Source: Candidatus Zixiibacteriota bacterium
GTDB lineage: Bacteria; Zixibacteria; MSB-5A5; GN15; FEB-12
Direction: 5' to 3'
DNA: 31,154 bases
NCBI GenBank assembly: GCA_041742355.1
Contig: JBGSIV010000256.1
Coordinates: 1-31,154 of the forward strand
Shown: piece after piece, positions 1-8,860 of the stretch
How positions within the stretch are numbered: position 1 is the stretch's first letter
Layout: each line of letters begins with the position of its first letter
Program-made: the position numbers and the translations under genes
The notes under the pieces: generated by a model
What the model was told of the DNA's origin: nothing
The model's database searches: none
What the model saw: the letters and a program-made list of their open reading frames with translations, nothing else

Positions 1-1
1 G

Positions 2-550
2 ATGACCCGGACCAAGCTGACGGTGGAGATGCCGCCGGCGGAGGACCTGGTCGAACGGATGATCGAGGTGAAACCGGCGCTGGTGGTGTTTGTGGCGGAT
101 CATGTCGACCTCGAGTCGCCGGCATCCGCGATTGATTTCGGATCGCCCGAGGTGGACTTTCGTGATCTGACCGAGCGGTTCAAGGGGGTGGATGTGCCCG
201 CCGGATTCTTTGTGGAGCCGGAGAACAGTCAGATCAAAGGGGCCTCAAAAGCGGGAGCATCGGCGGTATTGGTCGTTTGCTCGGGTTACACCGGGGCGAG
301 GACGGCCGACGAAGCCCAGGCGGAGTTGGATCGACTCGACTCAGCGGGGCGCTACGCGGCGAAAAGCGGGATGAGTGTGCTGTTCGGGCGCGGGATCGGC
401 TATCGGAATATCGCACCCTTGGCCGAACTCGGATATGTCGAGGAATTCGTAATCGGGCATGCCATTATCAGCCGGGGGATGCTGGTCGGATTGCAGGAAG
501 CGGTGCGAGAGATGAAGACACTTCTGCGCGGAGCAGTGCGTCCGCAGTAG
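2..550 (+). CDS. pdxJ: Pyridoxine 5'-phosphate synthase (PdxJ) homologue, 5'-truncated by the window edge, divergent active site
   Basis: Colinear with the PdxJ TIM barrel: TKLTVEM, KP-xx-V, FFVEP (FIDP), G-x-GI-x-Y-x-NI and the typical C-terminus IGHAIISRGMLVGLQEAVREMK. Several catalytic positions are substituted (see findings). Confidence 0.8.
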   Translation: MTRTKLTVEMPPAEDLVERMIEVKPALVVFVADHVDLESPASAIDFGSPEVDFRDLTERFKGVDVPAGFFVEPENSQIKGASKAGASAVLVVCSGYTGARTADEAQAELDRLDSAGRYAAKSGMSVLFGRGIGYRNIAPLAELGYVEEFVIGHAIISRGMLVGLQEAVREMKTLLRGAVRPQ

Positions 551-560
551 GGATAGAGTA

Positions 561-1541
561 ATGGGTGAGACCCGTGAAGTGACAGTGACGGTTCCCGAAT
601 CGGTGGCGAACGAGCGGGTCGATCGGTTTCTGGCCGAGATGGCTGAACTCAATCTGACCCGCAATCGGATTCAGCGGCTGATCGCCAAGGGGCTGATCAC
701 GGTCAACGGGCAGGCGGTCCCGAAACGGCACGAGGTGGTGGCCGGGGACGTGATCGCGCTTGTGATTCCGCCGCCGCCGCCGCGTGAGGCGCTGCCTGAG
801 GACATTCCGCTTGATGTTGTCTACGAAGATGAGCACCTGGCGGTGATCAATAAGCCGGCGGGGATGATTTCGCATCCGGCGCTGGGCCACCACGAAGGGA
901 CGCTGGTCAATGCGCTGGTGCACCGATACGGGACGCTGGCGGCGGGGTCGGCCGAGGACCGTCCGGGGATAGTACACCGCCTCGACCGGGACACCTCGGG
1001 GCTGCTGATGGTCGCGCGCAACGACGAGGTCTACCTGAAATTGCAGAAGCGGCTGCAGGCGAGGGAGATCCATCGGGAGTATATCGCGCTGGTGTGCGGG
1101 CACCTGAAGGAAGAAGAAGGGACGATCGAGGCGTCGATCGGGCGGTCACTGGGGGAGAGAACCAAGATGGCGGTGGACGGGATTCGGGCGCGGGAGGCGG
1201 TGACACACTACCGCCTGAAGGATCGGTTCCGGTCATATGATCTGCTGGAGGTGCGGTTGGAGACGGGGCGGACACATCAGATCCGGGTGCATCTGGCGCA
1301 TGTGGGGCATCCGGTGTTCGGGGATCCGCTCTATGGGGGGCGGGAGTCGTGGCATCGGGGGATGTTTGCGCCGGAGCGTCCGTTAAGCAAACGGCTCCTG
1401 GAGACGTTTCATCGGCAGGCGCTCCACGCGTTCCGGCTGGGGTTTGAGCATCCGGTGACCGGTGAAGAGGTGCGGGTGGAAGCCCCCGTGCCGGAGGATT
1501 TCGCCACGCTGCTGGCGACACTGGACCGCGAGGGGCGGTAG
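561..1541 (+). CDS. rluD: RluA-family 23S rRNA pseudouridine synthase with S4 domain (RluD type)
   Basis: N-terminal S4 domain (RVDRFLA..TRNRIQRLI), VINKPAG, catalytic GIVHRLDRDTSG, LETGRTHQIRVH, GDPLYG, RQALHA. Confidence 0.93.
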   Translation: MGETREVTVTVPESVANERVDRFLAEMAELNLTRNRIQRLIAKGLITVNGQAVPKRHEVVAGDVIALVIPPPPPREALPEDIPLDVVYEDEHLAVINKPAGMISHPALGHHEGTLVNALVHRYGTLAAGSAEDRPGIVHRLDRDTSGLLMVARNDEVYLKLQKRLQAREIHREYIALVCGHLKEEEGTIEASIGRSLGERTKMAVDGIRAREAVTHYRLKDRFRSYDLLEVRLETGRTHQIRVHLAHVGHPVFGDPLYGGRESWHRGMFAPERPLSKRLLETFHRQALHAFRLGFEHPVTGEEVRVEAPVPEDFATLLATLDREGR

Positions 1542-1589
1542 GGGATTTTTGGCCTTCTACAGTCTGTCCGAGTTCGCCTTACGCCATCG

Positions 1590-1618
1590 TTGACATTTCT
1601 ATCCTGTCGCCCTATATA
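1590..1618 (+). promoter_or_regulatory. Sigma70-type promoter for purM
   Basis: TTGACA (1590-1595), 17-bp spacer, TATATA (1613-1618), ending 6 nt before the purM ATG. Confidence 0.7.
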
Positions 1619-1624
1619 AGGGCC

Positions 1625-2677
1625 ATGCCTGAAGACAAGACGAAAAAGAAAGTCACGTACGCCGACGCCGGGGTGTCCATTGCCGCCGGTGATGAGGCGG
1701 TTGCCCGTATTAAGAAGCTGGCGCGGGCGACATTCAACTCCCAGGTTCTCACCGAGATAGGTTCGTTCGGCGGATTCTTCAAGCCGAACCTGGCAGGGAT
1801 TGAATCCCCGGTGCTAATCTCCTCGGCCGACGGCGTGGGGACTAAGCTCAAGCTGGCGTTTATGACCGGCAAGCACGACACGGTGGGGGAGGATCTGGTC
1901 AATCACTGTGTCAATGATATCCTCGTGCACGGGGCACGGGCGCTGTTTTTCATGGATTACATCGCGACCGGCAAGCTCGAGCCGGCGGTGGTGGGGGATG
2001 TGGTGGCCGGGCTGTCGCGCGGCTGCACGAACGCCGGAATGGCGCTATTGGGCGGGGAGACGGCCGAGATGCCCGATTTCTACCAGCCGGGTGAGTATGA
2101 TTTGGCCGGGTTTATTGTGGGCATGGTCGACGAGAAGCGGGTGGTCAATGGAGGCACGATTACCCCGGGGATGGTCTGCCTCGGGTTGCCATCGAACGGG
2201 CTGCACACGAACGGTTACAGCCTGGCCCGGAAGGTGGCGTTTGAGATCGCCGGGAAGCGCCCGGGGGACTACGTGGATATGCTGGGCCAGACGGTGGCCG
2301 AAGCGCTGATGGCGGTGCATACGTGCTACGCGCCATTGGTCCATCGGCTGTTGGCGAAGCACACGATCCACGGCATGGCGCACATTACCGGCGGCGGGTT
2401 GCCGGGGAATCTCAACCGGATCCTTCCCAGCGACTGCGATGCATTTATTACGAAGAATTCCTGGCCAGTGCTGCCGGTGTTTCGCTGGCTGGCCGAGGTA
2501 GGGGATATTGACCGTGAAGATATTTACTCGGCCTTCAACATGGGAATCGGGTTCGTGCTGGTTGTGGCGCGCGAGGATGCCGAGGCAATCGCCGCGGATA
2601 TCCGCACGTTTGGCGGCGAAGTCTATCGGATCGGCGAGATCCGTGAGGGATCGGGCAAAGTCCGTCTGACCGAGTGA
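1625..2677 (+). CDS. purM: Phosphoribosylformylglycinamidine cyclo-ligase (AIR synthetase)
   Basis: TYADAGV, DGVGTKL, VNDIL, GGETAEMP, YDLAGF, SNGLHTNGYSL, AHITGGG, FNMGIG motifs. Confidence 0.98.
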   Translation: MPEDKTKKKVTYADAGVSIAAGDEAVARIKKLARATFNSQVLTEIGSFGGFFKPNLAGIESPVLISSADGVGTKLKLAFMTGKHDTVGEDLVNHCVNDILVHGARALFFMDYIATGKLEPAVVGDVVAGLSRGCTNAGMALLGGETAEMPDFYQPGEYDLAGFIVGMVDEKRVVNGGTITPGMVCLGLPSNGLHTNGYSLARKVAFEIAGKRPGDYVDMLGQTVAEALMAVHTCYAPLVHRLLAKHTIHGMAHITGGGLPGNLNRILPSDCDAFITKNSWPVLPVFRWLAEVGDIDREDIYSAFNMGIGFVLVVAREDAEAIAADIRTFGGEVYRIGEIREGSGKVRLTE

Positions 2678-2767
2678 ACTCACGATCCATTAGGCCTGTT
2701 GTTAGCACTATGTTCTGTACATGACCCCGGAACCGGAATCTGAGCAAGCGATGGAGATCTCAAGACT

Positions 2768-3997
2768 ATGGTAAAGAGAGTAGTGCTGCTGGTGTGCGAC
2801 GGTCTGGCAGACCGTCCGATCAAAGAATTCGGCCACAAGACACCGCTGGAAGCGGCTCATACACCCTTTCTGGATCGGCTGGCGAAAGAATCAATCTGCG
2901 GCATGGTGCACACGCTGGGGAGGGGGCGGGTTCCCGGATCCGATGTGGCGCACCTTGAAATCATGGGATACCCGATCGAGGAGTTCTATGCAGGGCGCGG
3001 GCCGATTGAGGTGGCCGGGCTGGGGATGAAGCTCAAGGGAGGCGATGTCGCGCTGCGGGGGAATTTCGGGACGGTCGATAAGGACTGGAATATCACGGAT
3101 CGCCGGGCGGGCCGGATCAACCACGTTGCGCCGCTGTGCGAGGCGATCGACGGGATCGAGATAGACGGCGTGAAGTTTATCGTGCATCCCGGCACGGGGC
3201 ATCGGGCGGGCGTGATCATGCGCGGGGAGGGATTGTCGGACAAAATCGTCGATGCCGATCCGCACGCTCCGGATGTGCCGGTGCGGACAGTGACGCCGAC
3301 GGCGGATACGCCGGAAGCAAAACGCACGGCCGAGGTGCTCAACAAGTTCTTGAAGAAGGCGCACGAGGTGTTGCGCGGGCACGAGATGAATACGCAGCGC
3401 GAGAAAGAGGGGAAACCGCCGGCGAACTTTCTTCTGGTGCGCGGGGCGGGGCAGCATATCCATGCGCCGAGTTTCGATGAACGGTACGGCCTCAAGGCGT
3501 GCTGTATCGCCGGTGGCGGGCTCTACAAGGGGATCGGGGCATTCCTGGGAATGGACGTTATCGATGTTCCCGGGGCGACCGGGTTGCCGGTGACCGATGT
3601 CAAGGCAAAGTTCTCTGCCGTGCTGGAAAAGCTCAACGCATACGATTTTGTGTTCGTCCATGTGAAAGCGGCTGATTCGCTCGGCGAAGACGGCAACGCG
3701 CAGGGGAAGATGGAGTTCTGCGCCAAAATCGATGAAGCGGCGAAGATCCTGGTTGATGGGTTGCCGGAAGATGTGCTGTTTGTGGCGACGGCAGACCACA
3801 CGACGCCGTGCGAAATGAAGGCGCATGCCGCCGATCCGGTACCGATCATGTTCCATGGCGATAATGTCCGGGTGGATCAGGTGGCGGCGTTCGGCGAGAC
3901 AGCGTGCGCGCAGGGGGGATTGGGGTTTATGCTCGGGCGGGAGATCATGCCGCAGGTGATGAACTATCTCGGCAAGCTGCATCTGGAAGGGGCGTAA
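2768..3997 (+). CDS. apgM: 2,3-bisphosphoglycerate-independent phosphoglycerate mutase, archaeal (ApgM) type
   Basis: DGLADRP, TPLEAAHTP, PGSDVAHL (phospho-Ser), GRGPIE, DRRAGRI, FVHVKAADSLGEDG, TADHTTP, HAADPVP. SD GGAG upstream. Confidence 0.92.
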   Translation: MVKRVVLLVCDGLADRPIKEFGHKTPLEAAHTPFLDRLAKESICGMVHTLGRGRVPGSDVAHLEIMGYPIEEFYAGRGPIEVAGLGMKLKGGDVALRGNFGTVDKDWNITDRRAGRINHVAPLCEAIDGIEIDGVKFIVHPGTGHRAGVIMRGEGLSDKIVDADPHAPDVPVRTVTPTADTPEAKRTAEVLNKFLKKAHEVLRGHEMNTQREKEGKPPANFLLVRGAGQHIHAPSFDERYGLKACCIAGGGLYKGIGAFLGMDVIDVPGATGLPVTDVKAKFSAVLEKLNAYDFVFVHVKAADSLGEDGNAQGKMEFCAKIDEAAKILVDGLPEDVLFVATADHTTPCEMKAHAADPVPIMFHGDNVRVDQVAAFGETACAQGGLGFMLGREIMPQVMNYLGKLHLEGA

Positions 3998-4015
3998 GAG
4001 GGACGGCAATTGTGG

Positions 4016-4052
4016 GCCGGCGATCCGGTTAGTCCGGGTTGCCGGCTTTTTT
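4016..4052 (+). terminator. Intrinsic terminator after apgM
   Basis: GCCGGCGATCCGG / TTAGT loop / CCGGGTTGCCGGC (13 bp including 2 G-U pairs) followed by TTTTTT. Confidence 0.85.
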
Positions 4053-4066
4053 GTATCAGGAGGGGG

Positions 4067-4108
4067 CGGGGCAAAAGGCTTGTTTGCCCCGTGTCGCCTA
4101 GCTACTTT
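4067..4108 (+). promoter_or_regulatory. Possible lnt promoter overlapped by a 9-bp inverted repeat
   Basis: CGGGGCAAA (4067-4075) / TTTGCCCCG (4083-4091). TTGTTT (4080-4085), 17 bp, TACTTT (4103-4108). Confidence 0.35.
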
Positions 4109-4170
4109 GAGACACGAGAACGACCAGTGGAAGAATCCGACAACAATTTGACTGACGGAAATCGACAGTA

Positions 4171-5769
4171 GTGGGTATATTCAAACGCATCTGGCGGGTG
4201 ATTCTGCCGGAAGATGTCAATCTGCGCTGGCGGCGGCTGGAACTGGCCGGCTGGGCTTTTGTCCTGTCGACCGCGTTCTATCCGGAGGTGTGGGGGTTCC
4301 TCGCCTGGTTCGCTCTCGTCCGGCCGATAATGATTCTCACCAGGCTCGACGGCAGAGCGTTGTTCGGAGCAGCCTACTTTTTCGGGTTCTTCTTTAATCT
4401 CTTCACGATCTACTGGGTGGCGCTGGTAACGCCGCCGGGGATGGTCACGGCGGTGGCGATTGTCGGGCTGTACTATGCCATCATGCTGTACATGTTCGCG
4501 AAACTCCACCACTGGAAGCCCTGGGCGGGCTACCTGGCGCTGCCGTTTTTGTGGACTGGGCTGGAGCATTTCCGAACGCTTTCTGAGTTCGCCTTTCCGT
4601 GGTCGGATCTCGCCTATACGCAGGGGTACTACCTGTGGATTCTGCAGATCGTGTCGGTGATCGGCGCACACGGCCTGACCTGGCTCATTGTCGCAGTCAA
4701 TGTGCTGCTGGTACAGGTCTTCCGGAAGCAGCTGACGTACGAGCGGCGCATCGTATCGGGGATGGTGTCGGTGGCGGTGGTTGTGCTGCTGCTCGGATTC
4801 GGATGGATCATCATGCCGAGATATCCGGTGGAGGGGAAGTTCGGGGTGGCACTCCTTCAGGCCTCCGTGCCGCTGGATGTGAAGTGGTCGAAAGAGAGCG
4901 TAGTCGAGAATTTTGAGTTGCACCGCAAGCTGGCTGAGTCGGTGGACACCACGGAGGTCGGGCTCTTTGTCTGGCCGGAAACGGCGGCGCCGTGCTACAT
5001 GACGCACGATCGTAACTGCCAGGAGATGGTGGGGGAGATCGCGGCGGCGACCGGCCGCCCGCACTTTGTCGGGTCGCTGGCGTACGAACTGATCAGGGGG
5101 AAATTCCGGCACTTCAATTCGTCGTTCCACTTCGATTCGTCGGGGCAGCTGCTCTACCGCTACGATAAAGCGAGGCTCGTTCCGTTCTCGGAGCATGTTC
5201 CCTACCAGGATTACCTGCCGTTTCTGGAGAAGCAGTTCCTCCGCAAGTACCTCACGTTCATCGACACGTACGGGGTGCAGTGGTGGTCGGATTTCTATCC
5301 CGGGGACTCCTCGCAGGTGTTTTCGACCGGCGAGGTAATTTACGGCCCGCTCATCTGTTTCGAGGTGGCGTTTCCGGAGTATGTGCGGGAGTTCGTGCTG
5401 AAAGGGGCGCAGTTCCTTGTGGAGATCACCAACGACACCTGGTTTGAGCGGTCGGTCGGGGTGCACATGCACTCGCGGATCTTCGTCACGCGGATGATTG
5501 AGAATCGGTCGTGGGGGGCGCGGTCGGCCAACAGTGGGCTGACATACATCGTGGATGACTATGGACGGATCCGTGAGTCGATCGATTTGTACGCGGTGGC
5601 GGCGGTACAGGGGAAAGTCGGACTTCTGGACAGCTACTCGATATTCACCCGGGTCGGAGATGTGGCCGGCCGGGTGTCGTTATTGCTAACCGGCCTTCTA
5701 CTGGGTATATTCATCGCGGTATGGTTCAAACGAAGAATCTCACGCAGGTTGCAGCGCGCCTCCTCGTAG
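4171..5769 (+). CDS. lnt: Apolipoprotein N-acyltransferase
   Basis: Multi-TM N-terminus, FPWSDLAYTQ, nitrilase triad WPET / YDKARLVPFSE / ICFE, ITNDTWF, SANSG, C-terminal TM. Confidence 0.96.
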   Translation: MGIFKRIWRVILPEDVNLRWRRLELAGWAFVLSTAFYPEVWGFLAWFALVRPIMILTRLDGRALFGAAYFFGFFFNLFTIYWVALVTPPGMVTAVAIVGLYYAIMLYMFAKLHHWKPWAGYLALPFLWTGLEHFRTLSEFAFPWSDLAYTQGYYLWILQIVSVIGAHGLTWLIVAVNVLLVQVFRKQLTYERRIVSGMVSVAVVVLLLGFGWIIMPRYPVEGKFGVALLQASVPLDVKWSKESVVENFELHRKLAESVDTTEVGLFVWPETAAPCYMTHDRNCQEMVGEIAAATGRPHFVGSLAYELIRGKFRHFNSSFHFDSSGQLLYRYDKARLVPFSEHVPYQDYLPFLEKQFLRKYLTFIDTYGVQWWSDFYPGDSSQVFSTGEVIYGPLICFEVAFPEYVREFVLKGAQFLVEITNDTWFERSVGVHMHSRIFVTRMIENRSWGARSANSGLTYIVDDYGRIRESIDLYAVAAVQGKVGLLDSYSIFTRVGDVAGRVSLLLTGLLLGIFIAVWFKRRISRRLQRASS

Positions 5770-7934
5770 CGCTCACGGTCCTACTGCCGATGGCGGCGCA
5801 GGCACAGGTTACCTGGGAGACGCTCACGTCGTTCCGGTCGATCCGCCGGCTGGCGGTAATCGATGACACGCTGTATGCGGCGACCTCGGGCGGTCTGCTC
5901 CGCGTAAGCGAGTTCGTCTCACCCGGCCGGCAGTTCATACATACCGATGGCCTCGGCACGACTGACCTGCGTGATATCGAGGTCGATGCAACCGGCATGG
6001 TCTGGCTGGCCGGATTTGGGCGGCTGGTTCGTTTCGATCCGGTTGATCCTCGGCAGTATCTCTTCCGCGACCGCGACGGCAACCAGCTCTCGCTCTTCTC
6101 TATAGAAAATGACGGCGACTACATCTGGACGGGCACGAGCATCGGGTTGGTGCTTTTTTCCAAGACGGCCGATGGCGGGCAGATTGAGGATAGCTACACG
6201 CGGTTCGGCGGGTTGAATCCGTCACCGACGGTGTTCGATATCGAACTGCGCAACGACACGCTCTGGATTGCAACATCGTCGGGCCTGGCGGTGGCGCCAT
6301 CCGCCGATCCGGTGCTGCTGAAATCGCCGCTGACCTGGCTGACATTCGACGTGGGAGATTACCCGGAGCTGGGGAATGATACGGTGCGGTCGGTGGAGGC
6401 ATACGGGGATGACATTTACGTGGCGACTTCGAAGGGGGCGTTCCGATTTGCCGCGGATCCGGCCGACACGGTGTTTGAACCGGTAGCATTTGCCGCGGGA
6501 CGGGTGGTGACGGATCTCGTGGCGGAAAATGATTCGCTCTTTGTCTACCACTCCGGCGGAATCGGGGTCGTGACGGAGGGGGGTTCGGCGAGCCTTCCAA
6601 CGACAGGGTTACGTCGAGCAGCAGTAACCGGTGTCAGTTGGGCAGGGCGGCGCTGGGTGGCGATGAGCGACAGTGGGCTCTATGCCTGGACGGGTGCGGC
6701 CTACGAGGAGTACCGGTATACCGGTTCGCCCGGGAACGACGTGCGGACAATCGCGTATGGTCCCGATGCAACGCTCACGGCCGGATTCGGCGACAAGGTG
6801 TACGCGCAGTACGATGGCGAACAATGGACGCCTCGAGCATTCAACGCGCGCGACGGGACGATGGATCTGCTGGTCGGACCGGACGGAAATGTCTGGGCGG
6901 CGACCTGGGGAGAAGGGTTGTGGCGTCTGTCGCCGGACACGACGATCAACTACGACGAACAGAATTCGACGCTGACGGGAATTCTGAACGGGCCGCGGTA
7001 TGTCGTGGTGCGCAGTCTTGCGACCGACGGAGTGAACCTGTTCGCGTCCCTGTTCCAGGCGGCCAACGGGGCGACCGCCGGCTGGGTGCCGTTCGCACAG
7101 GCGGGTGATTCAGCGGCGTGGCGGACGCTTGGCGCGACCGACGGCATTACCAACGACCTGATAACCGCGATCGGCTACGGGAAGGGACAACTGACGTTCG
7201 GCACGATGTCGGTCGGAATTTACATGTGCGATCTGGGCAGCGACCCGTACACGGGGACCACCCCCGTGGTTCGTCATTACACCGACGACAACTCGCGGCT
7301 GCTCTCAAATTCGATTCGGGTGATTACGTATGCGCCGAACGGCGAGGCCTGGATCGGCACAAACCTCGGGATCTCGCGCTGGGATTCGGGTATCGAGCGG
7401 CTGGTCGACGTGACGTTGCCGGCGGGCGTGGGGACGGATGTGTCGTCGATCGTGTTCGACCGGCGGGGAAACGCCTGGGTCGGAACGCGGGGCGGCCTGG
7501 TACGGCTGGATGCCACCGGCGGCGAGCCTGAGGTTTATACGACGGCCAACAGCGAGCTGGTTTCGGATGATGTCCGCGACCTCTGGCTCGATCTCGACCA
7601 CGGGCGTGTGTACATCGCGACGGCCGGGGGGATTTCAATCCTTCAGACGCAAATCAGCGTGTTGACCGGGGCGATCAATGAGGTGGTGCCGGTACCGAAT
7701 CCATTCATCATTCGTTCAGACGAGGACCGTCTGACGTTCAACCTGGACCGTCCGGCAACGGTCAGCATATTCTCGGTCGCTGGGGAGTCGGTGGCTGAGT
7801 TTTCCATCAATCGTCCCTGGGATGGTCGCAACGACCGCGGCCAGCCGGTGTCATCCGGAGCGTACATCTACGTCATCACGGACGAAGCCGGGGCGGTTCA
7901 CCAGGGCAAGATTCTTCTTATTCGCAAGCGATGA
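5721..7934 (+). CDS. PorZ-like secreted beta-propeller protein with C-terminal FlgD-Ig/T9SS-type domain
   Basis: Signal peptide (..LLPMAAQA|Q), repeated propeller blades (LWIATSSGL, AWIGTNLGI, AWVGTRGGL, VYIATAGGI, YTTANSELVSDDV) and CTD VPNPF...WDGRNDRGQPVSSGAYIY...GKILLIR. Length and architecture match PorZ. Confidence 0.75.
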   Translation: MVQTKNLTQVAARLLVALTVLLPMAAQAQVTWETLTSFRSIRRLAVIDDTLYAATSGGLLRVSEFVSPGRQFIHTDGLGTTDLRDIEVDATGMVWLAGFGRLVRFDPVDPRQYLFRDRDGNQLSLFSIENDGDYIWTGTSIGLVLFSKTADGGQIEDSYTRFGGLNPSPTVFDIELRNDTLWIATSSGLAVAPSADPVLLKSPLTWLTFDVGDYPELGNDTVRSVEAYGDDIYVATSKGAFRFAADPADTVFEPVAFAAGRVVTDLVAENDSLFVYHSGGIGVVTEGGSASLPTTGLRRAAVTGVSWAGRRWVAMSDSGLYAWTGAAYEEYRYTGSPGNDVRTIAYGPDATLTAGFGDKVYAQYDGEQWTPRAFNARDGTMDLLVGPDGNVWAATWGEGLWRLSPDTTINYDEQNSTLTGILNGPRYVVVRSLATDGVNLFASLFQAANGATAGWVPFAQAGDSAAWRTLGATDGITNDLITAIGYGKGQLTFGTMSVGIYMCDLGSDPYTGTTPVVRHYTDDNSRLLSNSIRVITYAPNGEAWIGTNLGISRWDSGIERLVDVTLPAGVGTDVSSIVFDRRGNAWVGTRGGLVRLDATGGEPEVYTTANSELVSDDVRDLWLDLDHGRVYIATAGGISILQTQISVLTGAINEVVPVPNPFIIRSDEDRLTFNLDRPATVSIFSVAGESVAEFSINRPWDGRNDRGQPVSSGAYIYVITDEAGAVHQGKILLIRKR

Positions 7935-8860
7935 ACACAGTCTGTTATCGTGGGACAGACGTACCGGAAGAGATGGTGCGCGCGCTGGCGGGCCGTTCTT
8001 TTCTCGCATCGGCGTCATTTGCCTCGATCTGGGCCGCACGGGGAGGGAGCCGGGTGGTCTGGGGTCTGGAGGAACAGGGGAGGTTGGTGGCCGCACTTCC
8101 GGGAGTGGAGTTCGGCCGGCGGCCGCTGCGGCGGTTTATGGCGATGCCGAACGGGCTGTACGGGCGGCTCTGTATCGCCGAGGAGTTTCGGCCGGAGCGG
8201 GATCGTATCGCGGCGGCGTTACTGGAGGCAATCTCCGGTGACGAGTACGTGAAGTCGTACGTGTTTGATTTCTTCGGTGAAATCTTACCGGAGGCGGTGC
8301 GGGCGCGGGCAGAGAGCCAGGTCGCGATTCTCGCCGATATTGGCGCACCGGACTGGCGGCCGCCCGACCGCAACCTGCGGCAGGAGATCCGGAAAGCGAC
8401 GCGCGGGGGGCTTTCCGCCCGCCGACTGGACTGGTCGATTGATCGGGATAGCTTTCTGAAACTCGTGCAGAATATTGAAGGGCTTCAAGGAAGGAAGACC
8501 CGGTACTCCGAGGCGTTCTGGGAAGGTCTGGCCTGTGTCGCGCAGGCGGACGACCGGGTGTGCTGGTACATGGCGGAGCACGAAGGCACCCCCGTGGCAA
8601 CGCACATTTACTTTGTCGAAGACGAAATGCTGTTTGCGTGGCAATGGTACTATGATCGCCGGTTCTCGGTGCTCAAAGCCAACCAGTATTTGGTCAACCA
8701 CGCGTGCCTGGAGGCCAAAGCCCGAGGGGTTCAAACGCTCAATCTGGGAGCAACGCCAAAGGGCGCAGAAGGAACGATGTTTTTCAAGCGGCGCTGGGGC
8801 GGGTACCCACGGACGTACACACACCTGGCCCTTCGCCGGGGAATCGGGCGGTGGCTGTGA
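7931..8860 (+). CDS. GNAT-fold FemAB-related / Acetyltransf_6 acyl- or aminoacyl-transferase
   Basis: NLRQEIRKATRGG, ANQYL..HA..EA..RG..TLNLG...GTMFFKRRWGG signatures of FemAB-like GNATs. ATGA overlap with the upstream gene. Confidence 0.75.
   Translation: MNTVCYRGTDVPEEMVRALAGRSFLASASFASIWAARGGSRVVWGLEEQGRLVAALPGVEFGRRPLRRFMAMPNGLYGRLCIAEEFRPERDRIAAALLEAISGDEYVKSYVFDFFGEILPEAVRARAESQVAILADIGAPDWRPPDRNLRQEIRKATRGGLSARRLDWSIDRDSFLKLVQNIEGLQGRKTRYSEAFWEGLACVAQADDRVCWYMAEHEGTPVATHIYFVEDEMLFAWQWYYDRRFSVLKANQYLVNHACLEAKARGVQTLNLGATPKGAEGTMFFKRRWGGYPRTYTHLALRRGIGRWL

Noticed and set aside
3650..3695. ApgM has GEDG rather than GHDG at a metal-ligand motif
   Set aside because: As far as I recall, GEDG is a common variant in this family, so it is not evidence of inactivity.
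8704..8856. ORF-track N-terminal extensions of GT4 (8704), mraZ (13852) and ftsL (15181)
   Set aside because: They overlap upstream genes or promoter elements and lack family similarity. Coupled or SD-supported starts at 8857, 13900 and 15304 fit better.
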